Notes: generated by a model not told the origin, from the letters alone. A stretch of DNA of 64,000 nucleotides from an uncultured Pseudomonadota bacterium (GCA_963836045.1 CAWIIC010000014.1:2524-66523), one strand, 5' to 3'. Counted from the stretch's first letter, positions 1 to 9,993 are shown. Translations and numbers: made by a program.

Positions 1-415
1 TGGGCGAACAGGAAGACCTCGCGCCGATAAAGTGCCGAACCGAGCAGGCGATTGACGTGATCGTGCTGAGTTTCGTTAACCCTGGCGCACTTTCGGTGAC
101 ACGCCTTGTAGCTGTTCCCAGATATGGTGAATGCGGACTTTCATGATTGGCTGTGGCTCGATGTGCGAACTTTTCTTAGGGCGCCTTGAGGACATCCTGA
201 GCATTTTCGAGTTCCAGCAGGAGAAATCGGGGGTTGGCGTGGGGCAGACGCTCGTGGTGCCAAAGCCGCGGAGTGAGAAGCGAACGCTGGTTCCGGCGCT
301 TACGGCTGCTTCTCAGGGAGAGCCGAAGCCAAGGTCGTCCTGTGATGGTCGGAGCTGCCGCTCAGACGTTGGGTGTCAGCCGTCGTCTGGTGAACCAAAA
401 TTGGGCGACGGTGGC

Positions 416-1504
416 CTACTCGTAACTTTCGGCCGCCTTCAGGTATTCCGCGCTACCTCGGCCTATAAGATCCGGGTTGAGTCCCCGTTCCAACGCAACC
501 CAGTAACTCAACAGCTGCAGCGTCAAGATGTGCAGGATGGGCGAGAGAACCTCTTGCGTGCTCGGAAGAACGAGCCGCTGCTGCTCTGCTAAGAGCCCTT
601 CGGTGTGCCGGTCAAACTGGCCAACCCGTCGGATTCCTATGACCTCCGCTGCCACCAAAACATCTTTTGTCCGCGACGACGACTCAGAACCCGGAGCAAT
701 CAGCCACAGCACATCTTGGCCATTCATAGCCGGGAGGTACCCGTGAAGCGTCTGTTCCAGCTCAAGACCAACGGCCGTGACCTGGCTCGTCTCGATCATC
801 TTGAGGGCCGCCTCGACCGCTGTGACCTGGTTGGAGCCGGGACCCGCGAACCACACTGAGCGAGCCTGGCTAACTTCCCCAACATGTTGCCTCACCTGCG
901 GCTCGAGCCCAAGAACCTGTTGCATCAGGTCAGGCAGGTCCATCAGTCCCTTCAATAGGCCCGCCTCCGAGTGTGTATCGCCGGCAGCGACGGCGAGTCC
1001 GCCAAAGAGAGCGATCGCTGCCGTATAACTCACGGTATGCGCCCAGGAGTGCTCCGCTTCGTATCCGGTTGTAAGAACCGCGCGGGCACTTTCAGCGACC
1101 GTGCTGTGTGGAAAGCCGGTCACAGCTATAGTGAAGCTTGGAGATCGCTCGAGATACTGGAGCGCTGCGATCGACATGGCCGTCTCGCCCGCGTGCGAGA
1201 CAACGAGGACCACGTCGTCAACCCTGACCGGCGCTTGGTAGGTTAGGTACTCAAACGCTTGGGCTGCTCGCACATCCGTTGATGGGAGCGCTTGCTGAAG
1301 AATGGCCGCTCCGGCTTGGGCCGCGTGGTATGACGTCCCGTTGCCGAGTACCGAGATGCGGCGGGCGTCTCGCAAGTGCCGTATTACTATGGAATCTGCC
1401 GCACGCCCGTGCTGGACGGCGTGTGCGACCGCGTCCGGCTGGGCATGTATCTCTTCGTACATGAAGTAGGGATGAGTTGTACGGATCTTCTCGGGCAGTG
1501 GCAT
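416..1504 (-). CDS. Double SIS-domain sugar-phosphate isomerase/deglycase (GlmS C-terminal / FrlB-like)
   Basis: Motifs MYEEIHAQP, GNGTSYHAA, VSHAGET, AHTVSYT and EAALKMIET match tandem SIS domains. No glutaminase domain is present. Confidence 0.85.
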   Translation of the reverse strand: MPLPEKIRTTHPYFMYEEIHAQPDAVAHAVQHGRAADSIVIRHLRDARRISVLGNGTSYHAAQAGAAILQQALPSTDVRAAQAFEYLTYQAPVRVDDVVLVVSHAGETAMSIAALQYLERSPSFTIAVTGFPHSTVAESARAVLTTGYEAEHSWAHTVSYTAAIALFGGLAVAAGDTHSEAGLLKGLMDLPDLMQQVLGLEPQVRQHVGEVSQARSVWFAGPGSNQVTAVEAALKMIETSQVTAVGLELEQTLHGYLPAMNGQDVLWLIAPGSESSSRTKDVLVAAEVIGIRRVGQFDRHTEGLLAEQQRLVLPSTQEVLSPILHILTLQLLSYWVALERGLNPDLIGRGSAEYLKAAESYE

Positions 1505-1512
1505 TGACGCGA

Positions 1513-2355
1513 TCAGGAAGACGAGGCCGGCAGTGCTTCTGCTCGAGCAAGATAGAGCTCCTCGCGGCGACTCTCCAATGACGGGACGATTCTCCGCACG
1601 CGCTCGACTCGCTCCTGGCTGACCTCACCTGTCAGCACGACTTCTTCATCACCCGCCTCGACTATGATTTCTCCCATCGGATCGACAATGAGGCTGTGCC
1701 CCGTGTGTCCGTTCCCGCACTGGGCCGCCGCCACCAGATAGCTGCCGTTTTCTATGGCCCTGGACGTGATCAGTGTTCGCCAGTGCATGAGCTTCAAGGG
1801 ACCCATCACCCAGGCTGAAGGCACCAAAAGAACAGTCGCTCCGCGCAGGGCCTGGTTCCGGGCGACCTCAGGAAAACGCAGCTCGTAGCAGACAAACAAG
1901 CCGGTCCTTCCCCATGGCGCTTCGATTGGATCGAAGAGGTGGTCGCCGGCCGCTATACTGTCCGACTCTCGATTGGCGAATGCATCGTACAGGTGCGATT
2001 TGCGATACGAGGCCACGAGGGTGCCTGACTCATCAATGACCACAGTTGTGTTGTAGGGCCGTCGATCGCTGAGCGAATGTCGTTCTAGAATGCCGGCCAC
2101 TACCCACGTCTCATACCTCTGAGCCGCTTCCTGCAGGCCCGTCACAAATGGACCGTCCAGAGGCTCCGCCGCGCGGGCGGTGGCATCTGGCCCGTGATCC
2201 CCCGGGTCCCACCACATCAGGTACTCCGGGAGTACGATGGCCACCGCGCCTCGCTCGCCCGCCGTGCCAACCTGCCGGCTGGCTCTTGCCAGATTGTTTT
2301 GGGAGTCGGGACCAGAGCTAAATTGCCCTACGGCCATCAACATGTGAGGCTCCAT
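1513..2355 (-). CDS. Carbon-nitrogen hydrolase family protein (Nit1/deaminated-glutathione amidase-like)
   Basis: Nitrilase triad motifs LPEY, YRKSHLYD and VCYELRFPE, plus RAIEN and GHSLIVDPMG. Confidence 0.9.
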   Translation of the reverse strand: MEPHMLMAVGQFSSGPDSQNNLARASRQVGTAGERGAVAIVLPEYLMWWDPGDHGPDATARAAEPLDGPFVTGLQEAAQRYETWVVAGILERHSLSDRRPYNTTVVIDESGTLVASYRKSHLYDAFANRESDSIAAGDHLFDPIEAPWGRTGLFVCYELRFPEVARNQALRGATVLLVPSAWVMGPLKLMHWRTLITSRAIENGSYLVAAAQCGNGHTGHSLIVDPMGEIIVEAGDEEVVLTGEVSQERVERVRRIVPSLESRREELYLARAEALPASSS

Positions 2356-2460
2356 AGGGCGCTACTCATGATGGGCACCGCCAAACTAGGCGCCACGGGT
2401 TCCTCACGACCGGCGTAAGGGCCGTCTCGCCTCCGCAAGCCTTCATGAGATCATCTTGGC

Positions 2461-2832
2461 CTACCACTTCCCGATCACGTAAAACACATTTATCGCGAGC
2501 ACCACGATCATGACCGACGCGATACCTACTGCCCCCGCCTCTGCGCCCGCGATCGCGACCAGAGGTATCGATAGTGCCAAGCTCGGAGCTACAACCATCT
2601 CCGGCTTACCTTTATGCGTGGAGGGAGCTCGCAATCCGGCTTGCGCCTCGATATCTCGGGAGACTCGAGCATCGATGTGGTCCTCGATACGATGCAAGAA
2701 AGCTTCGATGACCTGATCCTCCATTTCAGGCCCCAGCTCCATCCGTGCGCCGACGGCTGCCTTGAGCTCGCTCCGAACTTCTTGTGTCTGGATGGCATCG
2801 AGCGCTGCGTGTCTCTGCGCAGACTTACTCAC
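2461..2832 (-). CDS. Small hypothetical protein with C-terminal membrane hairpin
   Basis: GGAGG RBS upstream. N-terminal motif AAVGARMELGPEMEDQVIEAFL followed by a hydrophobic C-terminus. Confidence 0.7.
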   Translation of the reverse strand: MSKSAQRHAALDAIQTQEVRSELKAAVGARMELGPEMEDQVIEAFLHRIEDHIDARVSRDIEAQAGLRAPSTHKGKPEMVVAPSLALSIPLVAIAGAEAGAVGIASVMIVVLAINVFYVIGKW

Positions 2833-3038
2833 ATCTCACCTCCGCCGGCAGCGGGCTCGGAACGAATCGCGACGGGAATTCACCGAAGTTTCGCAAAGGC
2901 ATGTGGATGATGCCTGCCGCTCAGCAAGGGTGGCTGCAAGCCGGCGCAAAGCGAAGAATCGACTGGTAGATCGAGCCAGATACATAATTCGAACACGAAT
3001 CTTCGTCCACGCCATACTATCAACGCTTGGACAATTCC

Positions 3039-3683
3039 CTAGCTCGCCAGCACTCTTCCCACCCACGCCCGTGCGTCTGCCAGCTCCGCGGCGGAGACTT
3101 CGTGTCCAATTGGATACTCTCGATACGTTAAGTCCAAAGGGGTCTTCGCCAGGTAATCTCGCGTCATGCGACCCAGCTCGACGGGAAGGACCGAGTCCTG
3201 CGTACCGTGGGCTTGGAAAATCGGATGGCCCGCGGCTTCCTCTGGTTTGAAGTCGAGATTCGAGTGGATCGGAAGGTATCCGCTGAGAATGAGGCCCCCG
3301 TAAACCTGCCGGGGTAGCGTGAGAATCGCTGCCGCCGCCATGGCTCCTCCCATGCTGAAGCCCCCGACCAGCATTCTCTGGGGATCCACTTGGTATCTCT
3401 CCACCATTTCGTGAAGCAGGTCGCTGACGAGCTGCAGGCTGTTCTCGATGCTGTCTTTGCTCGGACGCCCCGCGAGAGACGCCTCCAGGTCGTACCAGTA
3501 ATAGGAGGACGGTCCCAACGCAAAGGGCCCACGAGCGCTAACTACGGCGAGGCGGTTATCGAGCTGCGGACCAAGCGACAACAAGTCATCCTCGTTACTG
3601 CCCCGCCCGTGAAGCAGGAGCAGCCCCGGGTATGGCGGTGATCCCTGCGAGGCCGGAAGAGTCTTGTGAAACAGACTGGCCAT
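3039..3683 (-). CDS. Phospholipase/carboxylesterase (alpha/beta hydrolase)
   Basis: Motifs LLHGRGSNE, nucleophile elbow GFSMGG, HGTQD and GHEV. Confidence 0.9.
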   Translation of the reverse strand: MASLFHKTLPASQGSPPYPGLLLLHGRGSNEDDLLSLGPQLDNRLAVVSARGPFALGPSSYYWYDLEASLAGRPSKDSIENSLQLVSDLLHEMVERYQVDPQRMLVGGFSMGGAMAAAAILTLPRQVYGGLILSGYLPIHSNLDFKPEEAAGHPIFQAHGTQDSVLPVELGRMTRDYLAKTPLDLTYREYPIGHEVSAAELADARAWVGRVLAS

Positions 3684-3849
3684 GAATATCAGCTATCCTC
3701 CGCTACCACTGTACCCTCAGACACTTACATCAGGCCGTCCAGCCCAGGCGTCCGGCACACCAGTAGCGCCGGCTGCGGACCTTCGTCGCCGGTAAAGCGC
3801 CGGTCCGGGCTGCCTCTGTTTAGAAAATTCCCGGAGGAAGACTAGGAAA

Positions 3850-4313
3850 ATGGTGCAAATCGATCAACTCCAACCCCTTGGATGGGATCTCTATCGTGAA
3901 GCCCTGGACCTTCGTCGATCCCACCAAGGAGCTGCTTGGGAACTCTGGTAGCAGCCGTTGAAGTTGGGACTAAGCACGCCACAACCGTTGTAGCCCCTAC
4001 CGCCCTCTCCCTCACTGAAGATCTTCAAAGCCCGTCGATGGTGGAGCTTCTCACGGAGCGCATACGCAGCTCCCAGCTCATTTAACGGATTGGTTGTCCC
4101 TCCTCCCGAGAACTGCCTAAAGACTATTGAAAGGCGGTAACTGCAAGAAATCGATTTGTGCACGGCGGCGCTCCAAGGCCCAAAGATGAATTTCTCAGAG
4201 CCGTCCGCGAAGCTGCTGCAGACGTACTATGGCTCATCGACTTCTACAGTGCTCGAGAATGGGCACTGAATCACATCTCTGCACAGACGCGGAGTGAGCT
4301 ACCCTCGATTTGA
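3850..4313 (+). pseudogene. Decayed HEPN-motif (RxxxxH) protein, C-terminal part
   Basis: Manual translation across three frameshifts gives QPLGWDLYREAL..PRSCLGTLVAAVEVGTKH..PPPENCLKTIE/KAVTARNRFVHGG..DVLWLIDFY. RNRFVH lies at 4146-4163. Confidence 0.55.
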
Positions 4314-4344
4314 AAGTCTGATCTAGCGGACCGCCACTTCGGCC

Positions 4345-4375
4345 TGGTACCCGTAACGCCTAGTTATGGGCACCA
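4345..4375. repeat. Imperfect inverted repeat resembling a tyrosine-recombinase (Xer/dif-like) site
   Basis: GGTACCCGTAA-CGCCTAG-TTATGGGCACC. The reverse complement of the right arm (GGTGCCCATAA) differs by one base from the E. coli dif XerC arm GGTGCGCATAA. Confidence 0.4.
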
Positions 4376-4794
4376 CTAGACACCACCTCAAGGCCGGGTA
4401 GCTCATTGCTTTGTCCTGAGGCCTCGCGTTGTCACGTCTCGTTGCGTGTTTCGTCTTCGTAAGCACGCCTGATCATATTCGCTTCCCTACACCAAATGAC
4501 GCCCGCATCACCCCATGGAACGATGGCTCCGCAGAGGGTGGCTTTTGCCGCCGACGTCGTGTGGCGGGGATATCATGCAATTGGTCGTGCCGATCTATGG
4601 GCCAAACACACGACTGGGAGATCTTCGGGCGCCCCAACGGGGGAAGCCCCTTGTATGTTCAGATGGTCGGAGTAATCCGGCTCCCTCAATCGGGAATACC
4701 ACTGTCGCCGAGACCACCTTTTTGCTGAGCTTCGACTTCGACCTCTCTCACGGGCAGGGACCATGCGCCGCTCGCGCAGGTGCTGAGTCGCGAT

Positions 4795-7700
4795 TCAGTG
4801 GGTTCCGCAGACCGAGATCGGTCCGGGCTTACAGGTGAAGGTATAGCTGATGTCGCCGGGGTCCGTGATCGCGATCTCCGGGTGCGGTCCTTGGATGTTC
4901 CCGCTGTCGTCGATCTCGACCTCGACGCCGAGCTCGTAGCTGAAGATGCCGGGAGTCCCGTACGCGTCGGCGTTTGGTGTCGTCGTGGTGATGGTCGTAT
5001 CATTCACAACGGTCGCCGGTGACGTGAACGTGTCGTGTTCGTAATCACAGGCTGGGTGCCCATTGGTGGGCCTGGCGCAGAAATTCACCTGCGCCTCCGT
5101 TCCGGCCGGGCCGAACCCGCTGCCGTGAATCGTGACCTTTTGACCGCCCTTCAGTGGGCCTGTTACTGGCGATATGGAGGTCGTCGTAACTGCGTACGTA
5201 TACGGTGACTGGAAGCTAACTGCAGATTTGCTGTCGGGGAGGTGCAGGTCCACGTACAATCCGACAAGTGTTTTCTCCTCGAATGCCCCCGAAGCAGGCC
5301 CCGACAGGCCGAATTCGGGAGTTGCAGCGGTAATCCTTGTGTCGCTGACCACCGTCGCCCTCAGGGCAGTCAGGTCTGGACACACGATGGCATCCAGGTC
5401 GCGCGGCTGATACTTCAGGCACACGTACACGGAGACCGGCGTGCCCGCGGGCCCAAACCCACTGCCGTTTATCACGATGTCCTGCCCTCCTATGGGCGGT
5501 CCCTTTTTCGGCGCTACGGAAGCGATGGTCACCCCATACGTGTAAGACGTAGCAGCCGGATCGCTGTGCTGGGGCGACCCGCTGGCGGGCGTGATCACAA
5601 CCTCCAGCCCGACCTTCTGTTGGTCGGCGATGGTGTGCTGGTCCTCGAAGGGAGTTGGGAGTCCCGTGCTCTGCCCGTCCCAGGGCGGCGCCACCGCCTG
5701 GATCTCGCTCTCGCTCACCACCCTTACGGTGGTCGCGCTCCAGGCGTTAGCCGGACAGCCGCTTACCTTCGGGTCATTGCAAAACAGGACGCTCGCGTCG
5801 CCGGCCCCCGGCGGCCCGAACCCGGTGCCTTTGATCGTGATCGTCGATCCGCCTGCGGGTGAGCCCGTGTCGGGAGAAACGGAATTGACGGTCACCTTGG
5901 TCGTCATGGTGATTGTGGCCGTCGATTTCGCGAGCTCCAGCCAGGTCGGATTGGGGTTTGACAGTCGGACGGAGAAGCTCTCATCGTCGGCCGCCGGCGC
6001 GTCTGGGTTGACCAGCAAGGTCAAGGGCACAGTTTCCCTGGTCGCTCCGGCGGGGAAACTGACAGTTCCCGAACTGGTCCGGTAGTCGTGGCCGGCGACT
6101 GCCGTCCCATCCTGGGTGGTATAGTCGACGGACGTCGCCTGGGTGGCTGGACGGTTCAGTGTAATGGCGACCTCGGCCTTGCCGTCTTTGACGTAGGGAC
6201 GTTCCACCGCCAGGTCGTCCACTGAGACCTTCGGGCTCGCGTTGATTGTTCCCGTTCCCACCGGCGTGGCTATATGTACGCTGCTCGAATGTGACAGTTT
6301 CACACTGAAATGAAGTGGCGGCCCCGTCTTCTCGCCACCGATGATTTCGACGGGCACCGTCGCCTCGGTCGAGCCCGGCGACAGCGTCACCATGGTGCGC
6401 AGCCCAACGTAATCACGCCCTGCCTTGGCTGTCCCGTCTTCCGTGGCGAGGTCCACCGTAACCGGCTTCGAGCTGGGCGGGTTCAGCGTCACGTCGAACT
6501 CGGCTTTCGCCGATCCGGTGACCGGCTTGTCGACGGTCACGTCTGACACGGCCAGGCCAATGGGGTCGCTGACGAAGATGTAGGGCCGGTAGCTTTCGCC
6601 GCTGGTCGTGTAGTCGCCGGCTGCCGCGCAACTGCCGTCATCACCGCACGAGACGCCGGCCGGGGCGAAGTTACCAAGGTTGCCTGTCGGCGGCGCAAGG
6701 TTTGGGATCTGCGTGGCCTGAGGAGTCCATTTGGTTCCCGAGCCCACGTACAGCCCCAGGACACGATTCCCGTTCGGCAGATTGTAACCGCCCTGGGCCG
6801 CGCAATAGCCGTTCGTCGAGCAGCCAACCTGAAAGGCGGTCCTGGGCTCGGCCGCCGCTCCCGAAGGAGCGGGAGGGATCGCATAGCTCCAGTGGCTGCC
6901 GTCGAGCAGCTCGATAAACCCCCTACCTAGCCCCGCGCCGTCCACATAATGGCCACCCGCCGCGCAGACGTTCTTGGCGGCACAGCTCACCGTGTTGAAG
7001 TAGGTATTCGAGTTAGCCTGCCCAGGTGGGAAGACGACCGCCTGGGCCGCGAACGCTCCGCCGGCCTCTTGGGCGGCAATAACGCCATGCGTCGGGCCGC
7101 TGGTCCTCGTTTCGTACTTGCCGTCCGTCACGCAATATCCGGCTGCCGGACATGAGAGCCCGGCGGCGCCGGTAGACAGGAAAGTCGTGGTACCGGGAGT
7201 GACCTGGAACTGAGATGTCTGCCAGCTTGTCCCGTTGCCGCTGGCCACGAAATCCTTGCCTTCAATGGCGGAGTTCGGCGGCGCGGTCACATAGTTTTCC
7301 TGTCCCTCGGCGGTACATGGACCTGTGGGTGGACAGGATTCGGCCAGGGACTCGAGCTCTACCGCGCCGTACGTCGGAGGGGTGCCCGACGGAACCGGCA
7401 GATCCCTGATCTGGAGACTGCCGTCAGTTACACTCTCCGCGAATGCCTCCACGGGGATCTTCGCGTTGGGATTGTACTCGCCAAAGATCACACACGTACC
7501 CTTGATCTGGCAGGCTACCGAATCGAGATTGACCCGGTATCCATCACTGCCTGGCATAAAGCCATTCGGAGGAACACGTGACTGCTCGCTCCGCCAGACC
7601 CCGTTGTCCTCATATGCGATGAGTCCGAAGATGTCCTCGGTGTCCAGGTAGTATCCGATGGCAACGCAGTCGCCGGGATCCGAGCAGGCGACAGAGGAAA

Positions 7701-8202
7701 GGTTGCCGTCCCATCCAGGAATCGGAAGCGGCACGTCAGTGACCCGCCACATGCCGCCGATCTCGTCCCAGGCAAGAGGTATGGATCCTCGCACGCCTTT
7801 GGGGCCGAGGCCGGGGCCGGAGCCCGTTCCGACCGCAGTGCAGCGCCCAGAGCCGGGGCAGGCGACCGAAACGAGAGTGGCGCTGTCGACACCACTTGGT
7901 ACGGGTAGCTGAGCCTGCGACCAGGCCCCTGTCGCTCCGGCGGCTCGCACGCCATTGACGCCGGTTGCAGTCGGGAGCTCGCTCGAATTTGACGCGGCGT
8001 GATTACGCGCAGGCACGATTCCCGTGCCGCGGAGTGCGTCAGCATGCGCTCGAGTCTGCGTAAACACTATCCCATGGGCGGCAACCGTGATTGGCCAAGC
8101 CATGACTAGGATTGCCATGATCACCAGAACTCGGCCGGTTGTCCCCATGCACCATCGCGACAACGATGGAATGCCGTGGCCGTCTTTCGGGACGAGGTTC
8201 AC
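4795..8202 (-). CDS. Large secreted multidomain protein: 8 Cys-paired propeller-like repeats, 2 Calx-beta domains, 3 IPT/TIG domains
   Basis: GTG start at 8202 with a GGAGG RBS, then a signal-like segment. SVxC-x5-C-xAxG repeats, T(E/Q)DGTAxAGxDY Calx-beta motifs, and three SxxPxxGxxxGGxxxxIxGxGF IPT motifs. Confidence 0.8.
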   Translation of the reverse strand: MNLVPKDGHGIPSLSRWCMGTTGRVLVIMAILVMAWPITVAAHGIVFTQTRAHADALRGTGIVPARNHAASNSSELPTATGVNGVRAAGATGAWSQAQLPVPSGVDSATLVSVACPGSGRCTAVGTGSGPGLGPKGVRGSIPLAWDEIGGMWRVTDVPLPIPGWDGNLSSVACSDPGDCVAIGYYLDTEDIFGLIAYEDNGVWRSEQSRVPPNGFMPGSDGYRVNLDSVACQIKGTCVIFGEYNPNAKIPVEAFAESVTDGSLQIRDLPVPSGTPPTYGAVELESLAESCPPTGPCTAEGQENYVTAPPNSAIEGKDFVASGNGTSWQTSQFQVTPGTTTFLSTGAAGLSCPAAGYCVTDGKYETRTSGPTHGVIAAQEAGGAFAAQAVVFPPGQANSNTYFNTVSCAAKNVCAAGGHYVDGAGLGRGFIELLDGSHWSYAIPPAPSGAAAEPRTAFQVGCSTNGYCAAQGGYNLPNGNRVLGLYVGSGTKWTPQATQIPNLAPPTGNLGNFAPAGVSCGDDGSCAAAGDYTTSGESYRPYIFVSDPIGLAVSDVTVDKPVTGSAKAEFDVTLNPPSSKPVTVDLATEDGTAKAGRDYVGLRTMVTLSPGSTEATVPVEIIGGEKTGPPLHFSVKLSHSSSVHIATPVGTGTINASPKVSVDDLAVERPYVKDGKAEVAITLNRPATQATSVDYTTQDGTAVAGHDYRTSSGTVSFPAGATRETVPLTLLVNPDAPAADDESFSVRLSNPNPTWLELAKSTATITMTTKVTVNSVSPDTGSPAGGSTITIKGTGFGPPGAGDASVLFCNDPKVSGCPANAWSATTVRVVSESEIQAVAPPWDGQSTGLPTPFEDQHTIADQQKVGLEVVITPASGSPQHSDPAATSYTYGVTIASVAPKKGPPIGGQDIVINGSGFGPAGTPVSVYVCLKYQPRDLDAIVCPDLTALRATVVSDTRITAATPEFGLSGPASGAFEEKTLVGLYVDLHLPDSKSAVSFQSPYTYAVTTTSISPVTGPLKGGQKVTIHGSGFGPAGTEAQVNFCARPTNGHPACDYEHDTFTSPATVVNDTTITTTTPNADAYGTPGIFSYELGVEVEIDDSGNIQGPHPEIAITDPGDISYTFTCKPGPISVCGTH

Positions 8203-8630
8203 GGAATCCTCCCAACAGAGGAGTACATCGGGCAGATAGACGGTTACCGAATCATTGTGCCAGAACAGAGCACGATCTTGAAAACAATGTATGCACCTAG
8301 TAATGCAATGGTTGCAAAGAGACCGATGATTCTTGCGCGCGACATAGACACAATCACACCTCATCCAAAGCCCGGTCGTGTCGGTAATCTTCCTCATGAA
8401 CCTGAGGAAGTGTTACCTCTTGCGGATGAGATTGACCGCTAGTTCGGCGCCTCGGTACGTTGAGGCTTAGTGGAGTAAGGGACGTTGCCATTCAGCACCC
8501 GTACCTCGCCCCGCTGGGGCAGCGGACACATTGTTGTGTTGGGCCTACCGTGCCTCCGCTGATCTACCTCAGGATACGCGGTGGCGGGGCTAGAGATACT
8601 TCGTGAAGAAAGTCGCGAACTCATCCGGAC

Positions 8631-8668
8631 AAAGAGAAAGGCGGCGATCCATCTGATCGCCGCCTTTC
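8631..8668 (-). terminator. Intrinsic terminator downstream of the yceI-like gene
   Basis: GAAAGGCGGCGATC / GATCGCCGCCTTTC stem followed by a U-rich tail on the minus strand. Confidence 0.75.
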
Positions 8669-8732
8669 CATATTGTTCACAGCCTACCGTTAGACGCCTA
8701 ACCTTACCGCCTCACGGTCAGCGTCCGGTCAG

Positions 8733-9290
8733 CTAGCTCTGGTCCTTGGCCGCCTCGATCTCGAGAGACACCTTGACCGTATCTCCAACCAGGAATCCGC
8801 CCGCCTCGAGCGCTACGTTCCAGTTGGCTCCAAAGTCATGCCGGTTGAACGACGTCTCCCCTTCGAATGCGGCAATATACGTCCCGAACGGCGTGTTGCC
8901 ACGTCCATTGTCCTTGGCCTTGATCACGACTTCCCGACTCACTCCACGAATGGTGAGGTCTCCGGTCATTTCGAATCTGCCGTCGCCTTTGTCCTCAATC
9001 CGCGTGCTTTTGAACGTGATCTTCGGATACTTCTCAACATCGAGGAAGTCGGCCGACTTTAGATGAGCGTCCCGCTGCTCGGCTCGCGTGTCGATGCTCG
9101 TGGCATCGATCTCGACGTCTACATAGGCATCTGCTATGTTCTCGTCGACGGTCTCAATGGTTCCACCGACTGCACCGAATCTGCCCTTGACGTTGGTGAC
9201 CATCATGTGTTTTACCGAAAACTCCACTAACGAATGAGCCGGATCGATCCGCCACACGGTTTTGGTTCCCGGTTCTGCCTGAACTGCCAT
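8733..9290 (-). CDS. yceI: YceI family polyisoprenoid-binding protein
   Basis: WRIDPAHSLVEFSVKHMMV, RDAHLKSADFLDVEKYP and GDLTIRGV. Confidence 0.95.
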   Translation of the reverse strand: MAVQAEPGTKTVWRIDPAHSLVEFSVKHMMVTNVKGRFGAVGGTIETVDENIADAYVDVEIDATSIDTRAEQRDAHLKSADFLDVEKYPKITFKSTRIEDKGDGRFEMTGDLTIRGVSREVVIKAKDNGRGNTPFGTYIAAFEGETSFNRHDFGANWNVALEAGGFLVGDTVKVSLEIEAAKDQS

Positions 9291-9356
9291 AGTAATTCCT
9301 CCCGGTATCTCTACCGAAATATTTTCTGATGGGACTTTCGCCCCCCAACTACTGAC

Positions 9357-9385
9357 AGTTTAGCACTAAACAGTTTAGAAGTCAA
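9357..9385 (-). promoter_or_regulatory. Sigma70-type promoter of yceI overlapped by a palindromic operator
   Basis: The minus strand reads TTGACT-N17-TAAACT. GTTTAG-CA-CTAAAC-A-GTTTAG (9358-9378) overlaps it. Confidence 0.7.
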
Positions 9386-9402
9386 CTATGGGGTGGTCCG
9401 AC

Positions 9403-9939
9403 CTACTTACTGGCGCTCTCGAGGGCTCGCCGCAATGACTCGGAATCGTAGTCTCCCGTGTACATCTCCCCATCGATGAAGAACGTAGGCGTGCCTTCAA
9501 CGCCGCTTTCAATTCCACTCTGGTAGTCAGCCATGATTTTTGGTAGATGGCGGTGACTTTCGATGTCTTCGTCGAACTTCAGGATGTCGAGTCCAATCTC
9601 CGCTGCGTAGCGACGCAGCGAGCCGAGATCGAGTGCGTCCTGATGCGTGAAGAGCATGTCGTGCATCTCCCAGAACTTTCCCTGAGCGCCCGCCGCCTCA
9701 GCAGCTTCCGCCGCCTGCTGCGCGTGAGGGTGTATCTGCACCAGGGGAAAGTGTCGGAACACGAACCTCATCTCGTTCGCCAGCGCGCTCTGAACGCTCT
9801 GAACGGACTCGAACGCTAACCCGCAGTACGGGCACTGGTAATCACCATACTCGACCAGAGTGACTCTGGCGTCAACCGGGCCTCTGCTGTGATCCTGCGG
9901 GCCTACGGCTGGTACCAATGTTCCTGTTGCAACCTGCAT
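9403..9939 (-). CDS. DsbA-family thioredoxin-fold protein
   Basis: EYGDYQCPYCG, FRHFPL, QGKFWEMHD and GTPTFF. Confidence 0.9.
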   Translation of the reverse strand: MQVATGTLVPAVGPQDHSRGPVDARVTLVEYGDYQCPYCGLAFESVQSVQSALANEMRFVFRHFPLVQIHPHAQQAAEAAEAAGAQGKFWEMHDMLFTHQDALDLGSLRRYAAEIGLDILKFDEDIESHRHLPKIMADYQSGIESGVEGTPTFFIDGEMYTGDYDSESLRRALESASK

Positions 9940-9993
9940 TATGGCCTCCGTGATATGACGATGAACGAACTTCCTGCAACAACCCTGCCACTG

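Noticed and set aside
8203-8397. Cys/His-rich N-terminal extension of the 1200-aa ORF
   Set aside because: It lies upstream of a good RBS plus GTG and the signal peptide, so it is probably untranslated.
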